A model generated the notes under the pieces. It ran no database searches and had not been told where the DNA came from. It saw only the letters and a program-made list of their open reading frames with translations. Shown piece after piece: positions 35,418 through 41,332 of a DNA stretch of 41,332 nucleotides. The stretch spans positions 66,529 through 107,860 of the IMG/VR virus record IMGVR_UViG_2859180793_000001, one strand, 5' to 3'. Source of the stretch: a virus (taxonomy: Duplodnaviria > Heunggongvirae > Uroviricota > Caudoviricetes). Each line of letters begins with the position of its first letter. The stretch's first letter is position 1. Position numbers and translations under genes: made by a program.

Positions 35418-36512
35418 ATGGCCGCAAACGAAGAACTGCAAGAGGCGCTTGATACCCTGGACATTGAAGCCTGGCTCGATCAGGAGGGCATCAAGTATCT
35501 CGTCACGCGCGGCGCTCGGGGTCTCCAGCTGAACGTGAAGGAGTGCCCGGTGTGCGGCAACTCCAACTACAAGGTCTACCTCAACGCCGACAGCGGGTTG
35601 GGAAACTGCTTTCATGGCGACTGCGAGGCCAAGTTCAACAAGTGGAGCTTCATCAAGGCCGTCCACAGCACGCTCTCGTCGCGGCAGGTCATCGACCACA
35701 TCAAGCAGGTCGCCAAAGAGCAGGGCTGGCGCCCACCGCGCACGGTCGCGGTCGCCGTCAACATGAACACGGAGTTGGTGCTGCCAGAGTCCGTCGCGCT
35801 GCCTGTGAAAGGCCGCAACCTGCGCTATCTGGACAACCGCAACATCAACGGCACTATCGCCAAGTATTTCAGCCTGCGCTTCTCGCAGCGTGGGGTGTTC
35901 CGCTACAAGGATGCGGAAGGGCACAGCCGGGTTCAGGACTATGCCAACCGCATCATCATCCCGATCTTCGACCTGAAAGGCGACTTGGTGAGCTTTCAGG
36001 GGCGCGACATTACCGGCACGGCCGACAAGAAGTATCTGTTCCCGCCTGGCTTCGCGTCGACCGGCAGCGTGCTCTACAACGGCCAGAACGCGATCGGCGC
36101 CAAGCGCGTGGTGATCGGCGAAGGCGTGTTCGACGTTGCGGCCACCAAGATTGCGCTGGACGGCGACATGGCGCTTCGAGACGTAGTGCCCATCGGCAGC
36201 TTCGGCAAGCACCTGTCGGAAGGCGATGAGAACAGCCAGGTCGCTCGGCTCGTCGAGCTGAAGGCGAAGGGCCTGGAGCAGGTCACGTTTCTCTGGGACG
36301 GCGAGCAGCGAGCGATCGCGGACGCCATCAAGGCGGCGCTCATGCTGCGCAAGTTCGGGTTCGTCGCGCGGGTGGGCATTCTGCCGCCCGACAAAGACCC
36401 CAACGAAGTGCCGGCGGAGGTCGTGCGGCAGGCGTTCTGGCGCGCGGAGGTCATCACGCCTGCGTCGGCCACCAAGCTGATGATCCAGCACAAGCTCAAA
36501 TTTGCCGCTTAA
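35418..36512 (+). CDS. dnaG: DNA primase (Zn finger plus TOPRIM)
   Basis: CPVC...CFHGDC zinc finger; VIGEGVFD, LWDGE and KDPNE TOPRIM motifs; ATG at 35418. Confidence 0.85.
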   Translation: MAANEELQEALDTLDIEAWLDQEGIKYLVTRGARGLQLNVKECPVCGNSNYKVYLNADSGLGNCFHGDCEAKFNKWSFIKAVHSTLSSRQVIDHIKQVAKEQGWRPPRTVAVAVNMNTELVLPESVALPVKGRNLRYLDNRNINGTIAKYFSLRFSQRGVFRYKDAEGHSRVQDYANRIIIPIFDLKGDLVSFQGRDITGTADKKYLFPPGFASTGSVLYNGQNAIGAKRVVIGEGVFDVAATKIALDGDMALRDVVPIGSFGKHLSEGDENSQVARLVELKAKGLEQVTFLWDGEQRAIADAIKAALMLRKFGFVARVGILPPDKDPNEVPAEVVRQAFWRAEVITPASATKLMIQHKLKFAA

Positions 36513-36516
36513 TTCC

Positions 36517-36558
36517 AGTCACGATTGACTTTTAACCCCTGCGTCTGATGCGCAGAAT
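36517..36558 (+). promoter_or_regulatory. Palindromic operator copy 10, with possible promoter TTTTAA-N17-CAGAAT
   Basis: Core AGTCA-CGAT-TGACT at 36517-36530; CAGAAT at 36553-36558, the same geometry as copies 6 and 7. Confidence 0.65.
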
Positions 36559-36595
36559 ACATACATCGAAAGACACGCAGTAATGCGAGGTAAGC

Positions 36596-37072
36596 ATGGC
36601 AGAAGAAATCATCATTGACTGTAAATTTCTGACGCATACGGGGGGCACCAAGTTCTACGAGGTGATCCAGCTCCACAACGTCGCGGCAAAACGCTTTGTG
36701 CTGGTAAAGCGTTGGGGCAAGAAAGGCGTGATGGAGAGCGGAGGCGAGACAAAGGTGGAGGTCTTCACCGATGTTCGCAAGTGCCAACACGCCGCGCACA
36801 AGATCCTTGAAGAGAAGCGCAAGGGCAAGCCGGGGCAGGGCTCTTACGAGAATTTCCTCGCCCACTTCGGCCTGCACGGCCGCGCCGGCACGCTCACTCA
36901 CGGTCGGGCCTTTGAGGCCATTCGCGACCACTACGGTGTCCAAGCGGCCGAGCACTTGAGCCACGAGTTGATGCTCGGCGCATTTGCCGCCGAGCCCGAA
37001 CAGGCCCCAGAGGTCGTCTTCGAGAAGCCGGCCACGCCCATTGATCGCGGCGACACGTGGGGCAGCTGGTGA
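36596..37072 (+). CDS. WGR-domain-like protein
   Basis: GTKFYEVIQL...FVLVKRWGKKG...GETKVE...AHKILEEKRKG resembles a WGR nucleic-acid-binding domain. Confidence 0.6.
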   Translation: MAEEIIIDCKFLTHTGGTKFYEVIQLHNVAAKRFVLVKRWGKKGVMESGGETKVEVFTDVRKCQHAAHKILEEKRKGKPGQGSYENFLAHFGLHGRAGTLTHGRAFEAIRDHYGVQAAEHLSHELMLGAFAAEPEQAPEVVFEKPATPIDRGDTWGSW

Positions 37073-37281
37073 GCCAGATCGTCGAGCTGGAACGGCTCCA
37101 CCCCACAACACAGCAAGCCATCGCGCATGACTTGCGCTGCCAGGTGCTGATGAGCGTCGTGGCCGTGCGTCAGCAGAAGGCAGAACTCGAAGTCAAACGC
37201 GGACTGTTCGGCGCCATGTTGCGCACGCACGCCCGCACCCGCCAACACGATGAAGCCCGCCCCGGTTGGGGCTCTTGGTAA
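37069..37281 (+). CDS. Small hypothetical protein ending WGSW
   Basis: GTGA overlap with the WGR stop; about 70 aa; its stop abuts the next RBS (AAGGAG). Confidence 0.5.
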   Translation: MSQIVELERLHPTTQQAIAHDLRCQVLMSVVAVRQQKAELEVKRGLFGAMLRTHARTRQHDEARPGWGSW

Positions 37282-37293
37282 GGAGTGACCGCA

Positions 37294-37896
37294 ATGGCCG
37301 CCAAACAATCTTCGTTCCATTTCACGGACGAGACCTTTTACCCGCCGTCGGTATCTGCCAGCCCGAGCAACGCCTTCTACCTGCGTGGCTGCGACGTGGT
37401 GCAGCACCGACCGGCGTATTGCTCGTGCCTCGCGAAGATCGAAGCGCGTCAGCACGGCGTGCTGGACAGCATGTTCGCGGGCTGCTCGACCGCCATCGCG
37501 CACAAGACCTGCCAGGCGCTGTCGATGCGCTCGGAAGAGGAGCTGGCCGGCAAGGCGATCTACTTCGTCAATCGCGACAAGCTGCGCGCCTATGCAGATG
37601 AGCAGGCCGGCGGCGTTACGCCCCCGCTTTCCAAGACGAGCGCAGCGCCGCTCAAGCCCGCGCCGCGCCCAGCGCTCAAGCGCCCCGCCGAGACGAGCAT
37701 CTTCCCGACGATGGCGGACGGCTACGCGGCGGCAATCAACGCGGGCATCGCAGAACTGAATCAGCGGACGCCGGCACCCGCATCTGTGCCGGAAGAGCCC
37801 AAGCAAGTCGTGAGTCTGCCGTCGATGAGCCCGAACCCAGGCGAAAGCATGGTCGAGTTCGCCCGACGGATGGCCGCACAACGCGCCGCAGCTTAA
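37294..37896 (+). CDS. Hypothetical protein (Cys-containing N-domain, Pro/Ala-rich C-half)
   Basis: ATG at 37294 after AAGGAG; GCD...YCSC...GC...TC residues. Confidence 0.65.
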   Translation: MAAKQSSFHFTDETFYPPSVSASPSNAFYLRGCDVVQHRPAYCSCLAKIEARQHGVLDSMFAGCSTAIAHKTCQALSMRSEEELAGKAIYFVNRDKLRAYADEQAGGVTPPLSKTSAAPLKPAPRPALKRPAETSIFPTMADGYAAAINAGIAELNQRTPAPASVPEEPKQVVSLPSMSPNPGESMVEFARRMAAQRAAA

Positions 37897-37922
37897 CCAC
37901 TACTCACTGGAGAACCACACTC

Positions 37923-38255
37923 ATGCTGAACAACGAATCGCTCAAGCCGACCGCCGCCCAGATCATCGCCTTCCAGGCCAAGCTCGAAGAGCACATGCCG
38001 AAGGCTGGCGAGCTGGTGAACGAACTCATCTCGAAGGCGCTGTCGCAACAGCTGCTGCCCGCTGCCACCACGGTCGCGCTGATCGTCGGCGCTGTGAATC
38101 TGGCCACCACGCTGGTGGTGAACCAGGGCGGCGACGCCGACACCATCAAGAAGATGGTGCAGGACTTGGTGGACAAGGCCCTGGGCGATGTGGATGCCAA
38201 CATGGTCACGATTCAGGGCATCGTCGCTGGCCAGGCCGAGCAGGTGGCGGCATGA
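37923..38255 (+). CDS. Hypothetical protein
   Basis: 110 aa after a GGAG RBS; ATGA overlap with the ligase. Confidence 0.65.
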   Translation: MLNNESLKPTAAQIIAFQAKLEEHMPKAGELVNELISKALSQQLLPAATTVALIVGAVNLATTLVVNQGGDADTIKKMVQDLVDKALGDVDANMVTIQGIVAGQAEQVAA

Positions 38256-39643
38256 ACTCGCGTGAAATCTTCCTCCTGGTCGCGGCGATCGGCGCCTGCA
38301 CCGGCAAGAACGACAAGCTCTCGCTGGTGAAGGGCAACATCGACGACCCGGAATTCGTCCGCGTCCTCAAGGCCGCACTGGACCCGACTGTGACCTACGG
38401 CGTGGCCAAGCGACCGGAGGTCAGCACGAGCGGCGGCGATGTGTTCGACAGCCAGACCTGGGACATTCTGGAGCGGCTGCGCGTGCGCGGGCTGACCGGC
38501 AATGCCGCACGTGACACGATCGTCGCGGAGATGGAGCGCCTCGATGCCGAGTCGGCCGAGTTGTTCTGGCGCATCGTGGCCAAAGACCTGCGTGCCGGCT
38601 TCTCCGCCGAGACGGTGAACAAGGCAAAGTCCGGCACGATCCCCGACTTCCCCTACATGCGCTGCTCCCTGCCGAAGGACGCTAAGTTCGACAAGTGGGA
38701 CTGGTCCAAAGGCGCAATCTCGCAAGAGAAGGCGGACGCCATGTTCGCGAACGTGAACCACGAGCTTGATGGCCAGGTGGCAATCTCCAGCCGCCAGGGC
38801 TCGCAGTTCCCCATCGAGGCATTCGCCGAGCTGGCGGATACGGTGCGACGCATGCTCAAGCCTGGCACCCAGACGCATGGCGAGATTGTCGTCTTCCGTG
38901 ACGGGCAGCCGCTGGCCCGCGCCTTGTCCAACGGCGTCATGAATCGCGTGCTCGACGGCGGCGCGTTCGAAGGGACGGAGCGTCCGGTGTTCTTCGCCTG
39001 GGACCAGATTCCCCTCGAAGCGGTGGTGCCGAAGGGCAAGTATGCCGTGCCCTATAAGACCCGCTTCACGGACCTGCTGCGCCAGCTGGTGCAGAACGAC
39101 GTGGATGCCAGCTCGGCAGTGCGCGGCATCCCGACGCGCGTCGTCCACTCGCTCAACGAAGCCTACGTGCACAGCGGTCAGCTGATGGCGCAGGGCAAGG
39201 AAGGCACCGTGCTCAAGTCGCCCGACGCCACCTGGAAGGACGGCACGAGCAAGGAGCAGATCAAGCTCAAGCTCGAAGCGGAGGTGGATCTGAAGGTGGT
39301 TGCGATCGTGCTCGGCCGCGAAGGCACGAAGAACGAAGGTCGCGCCGGATCGCTCGCCTGCGAGAGCGGCTGCGGCCGGCTCCAGGTGGACGTGACCGTC
39401 AAGAACGAGGACATGCGCGATCAGGTCGACGCCAATCCCGACGACTGGATCGGTCGAATCATCGAAGTGCGCGCCAACGATCTGGTGCTGCCGTCGGCCA
39501 GCAGCGACTACTACTCGCTCTTCCTGCCGCGCATGACGGAAGCGTGCTACCGCAAGGACAAGAGCGAGGCTGACGACCTCACCCGCATCGAGGCGATCTT
39601 CGCGGCGGCCAAGCTCGGCCAGACGCTCAAGGAAGCCGCATGA
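38252..39643 (+). CDS. ATP-dependent DNA ligase
   Basis: Motif I QEKADAM, III HGEIV, IIIa FFAWD, IV EGTVLK, V IKLK and VI SLFLPR; T4-like N-terminal domain. Confidence 0.88.
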   Translation: MNSREIFLLVAAIGACTGKNDKLSLVKGNIDDPEFVRVLKAALDPTVTYGVAKRPEVSTSGGDVFDSQTWDILERLRVRGLTGNAARDTIVAEMERLDAESAELFWRIVAKDLRAGFSAETVNKAKSGTIPDFPYMRCSLPKDAKFDKWDWSKGAISQEKADAMFANVNHELDGQVAISSRQGSQFPIEAFAELADTVRRMLKPGTQTHGEIVVFRDGQPLARALSNGVMNRVLDGGAFEGTERPVFFAWDQIPLEAVVPKGKYAVPYKTRFTDLLRQLVQNDVDASSAVRGIPTRVVHSLNEAYVHSGQLMAQGKEGTVLKSPDATWKDGTSKEQIKLKLEAEVDLKVVAIVLGREGTKNEGRAGSLACESGCGRLQVDVTVKNEDMRDQVDANPDDWIGRIIEVRANDLVLPSASSDYYSLFLPRMTEACYRKDKSEADDLTRIEAIFAAAKLGQTLKEAA

Positions 39644-40050
39644 CAACCTTCTTCGAAGCCTCGCGGGCGGCCGTGAACTTCGACGCCGCCACCGCGACCG
39701 TGCAGGTCCGGTTGGCGGTGGAGCGCGACGGACGGCTGTGGGTGATGACCCCCATCCCCAGCCCGACCTACAAGATGGTCGAACCTGGCGATGTATCCGA
39801 GCCCGCATTCGCCATGCTCCAGCACGACTTCCAATCGTTGATGGACGCCGCGTGGGATGCCGGTATTCGACCCACGCAACTGAAGAAGGACCACGCCGCC
39901 GGCAGTGAAGCGATGAAGGCGGTGCAGGCCCATCTGGATGACATGCGTCGGCTCGTCTTCGCGCGAGAGCCTATCCAGCTGGAGCACGGCGCCGACACAC
40001 CAATCACCGTCGACCTGCGCCGCGCCGGCGACACGGTTGCCACATTCTGA
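39640..40050 (+). CDS. Hypothetical protein
   Basis: 136 aa; ATGA coupled to the ligase. Confidence 0.6.
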   Translation: MTTFFEASRAAVNFDAATATVQVRLAVERDGRLWVMTPIPSPTYKMVEPGDVSEPAFAMLQHDFQSLMDAAWDAGIRPTQLKKDHAAGSEAMKAVQAHLDDMRRLVFAREPIQLEHGADTPITVDLRRAGDTVATF

Positions 40051-40057
40051 GGAAGCA

Positions 40058-40255
40058 ATGGACGAAGAGCAGTTCAAGAAGGTTCAGGCAACGATGCCCT
40101 GGACGCACCACGTGATCCCGACCAATCGTGGCGGCCTGGTGCAGGTGCTGGACAACAAGGGCCAGGAGGTGCCCATCTTCACGATGGTCGCCTTCCTGGA
40201 AGTCATCACGCGCAAGCTGGCTCGCCCTGCGCAGCCGGCACAGGAGGCCGCATGA
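40058..40255 (+). CDS. Small hypothetical protein
   Basis: ATG at 40058 after GAGGAAG within track ORF 39938..40255; 65 aa. Confidence 0.55.
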   Translation: MDEEQFKKVQATMPWTHHVIPTNRGGLVQVLDNKGQEVPIFTMVAFLEVITRKLARPAQPAQEAA

Positions 40256-40695
40256 CCGAAGCTCTGACAGGCAAGGTCTGCATCACCCGCCCGAGCGGCG
40301 GCAGCATCGAAGACGAGCCCGTTATCAAGCTGGAAATCAAGGACGAAAAGTCCGGCGTCCGGTTCCTCACCATGACGATGAAACCGGCTGACTTCGCACT
40401 GGCGCTCACCGGACTGTCCTTTGTGCCGGCGACGTTCGAACTGCGCGGCAGCGAGAACGTGGGCAAGGTCAAGGAAATCATGCGCGGTCGATTCGTCGTG
40501 CCCCGCGAGGAAGCGCGTTGCGGCCTCTCGAAGGACGAGATGCGCCAGATGCTGCGCGACCGTTGTCAGAAAGAAGGCTGGTTCCTGGACGACTACATCG
40601 GCAGCCAGGGCAGCGTCACGAAAAGCGAGGATGGCGGCACGACCATCAACTTCAACTATTACCGCTACGTCGAGGAGGCACTCCATGCAGAATAA
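40252..40695 (+). CDS. Hypothetical protein
   Basis: 147 aa; ATGA coupled; AGGAGG RBS. Confidence 0.6.
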   Translation: MTEALTGKVCITRPSGGSIEDEPVIKLEIKDEKSGVRFLTMTMKPADFALALTGLSFVPATFELRGSENVGKVKEIMRGRFVVPREEARCGLSKDEMRQMLRDRCQKEGWFLDDYIGSQGSVTKSEDGGTTINFNYYRYVEEALHAE

Positions 40696-41332
40696 GACCA
40701 TCGTCACGCTGACCGGCCCGAGCTGCGGCGGCAAGACGACCCTGGAGGGCCTGCTCAAGGCCGAAGGGTTCGTCAACATCATCTCCACCACGACGCGGCC
40801 CCCGCGTGAGGGCGAGGTCGACGGCCAGCACTACCACTTCGTCGACAAGACACAGTTCAAGCGGATGCGCGAGCAGGGCGCTTTCATCGAGAGCGTCGAG
40901 TTCGGCGGCCACTTCTACGGCGCGTCGGTCAAGGCAGTCGAGCGCGCCACCGCCGACGGCAGCCCTGTCGTTCTCGTGTGCGAGCCCGAAGGCATGAAGC
41001 AGATCAGCGCCTACTCGGATCTGCACCGCTGGCACCACCTGGCTGTCTACGTCGACAATCCGGCGGGCGTGTTGGCCGAGCGCTTTCTCAAGCGTGCCGG
41101 CGTCGACATTGCCGAGCAGATGATCTCCAACGACCCAACTGCGGCCGCTCGTGTGGTGAAAAGCTACGCGCGGCGCCTGGCGGAAATGCTGTCGACCGAG
41201 CAGACGTGGGCCCAGGCCATCTTCACGAAGGACATTGACCTGCTGCTGCCGACCTTCGACGCTGACAACCAGGACACGGCGGTGCGGACGATCCTGGAGC
41301 GCCTGGCCACGCAACTGAAGGCGGCAGCATGA
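40685..41332 (+). CDS. gmk: Guanylate kinase-like nucleoside monophosphate kinase
   Basis: GPSCGGKTT P-loop and STTTRPPREGEVDGQHYHFV...FIESVEFGGHFYG guanylate kinase signature; ATG at 40685. Confidence 0.8.
   Translation: MQNKTIVTLTGPSCGGKTTLEGLLKAEGFVNIISTTTRPPREGEVDGQHYHFVDKTQFKRMREQGAFIESVEFGGHFYGASVKAVERATADGSPVVLVCEPEGMKQISAYSDLHRWHHLAVYVDNPAGVLAERFLKRAGVDIAEQMISNDPTAAARVVKSYARRLAEMLSTEQTWAQAIFTKDIDLLLPTFDADNQDTAVRTILERLATQLKAAA

Noticed and set aside
2474-36530. Repeated palindrome as CRISPR repeats or IS/recombination sites
   Set aside because: Copies are kilobases apart, only 14-20 bp, with no spacer array, cas, transposase or recombinase nearby; association with promoters fits operators better.

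Overview
A 41-kb, GC-rich segment of a tailed, non-contractile (siphovirus-type) phage or prophage/phage-plasmid, with every credible gene on the + strand. Gene order: head-tail joining and tail completion genes; tail tube; tail chaperones with a -1 frameshift; a 1442-aa tape measure; lambda M/L/K-like and fused I-J-like tail tip genes; several receptor-binding or depolymerase proteins (a beta-helix spike and a PelA/GH114-like glycosidase); a tail fibre ending in NCNCNCRCSCG followed by an Ig-like protein and two radical SAM/SPASM enzymes; a block of small putative virion proteins; a lysis cassette (two membrane proteins, a transglycosylase, Rz with embedded Rz1); then an accessory/replication region (HTH-metallophosphoesterase, PhoH, Acb2-like anti-CBASS protein, a structured intergenic RNA candidate, an Hfq-like protein, DnaB-like helicase, primase, WGR protein, ATP-dependent ligase, guanylate kinase-like protein). 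Best candidate for an undescribed system: the Cys-tailed fibre + Ig-like protein + two rSAM/SPASM cassette (19502-23856), which looks like RiPP-type chemistry applied to a virion protein. Second: a palindrome AGTCA-N4-TGACT found ten times, always intergenic, at module boundaries and next to sigma70-like promoter elements, suggesting one regulator controls the whole programme. All product calls come from motif recognition by eye; no database searches were run.
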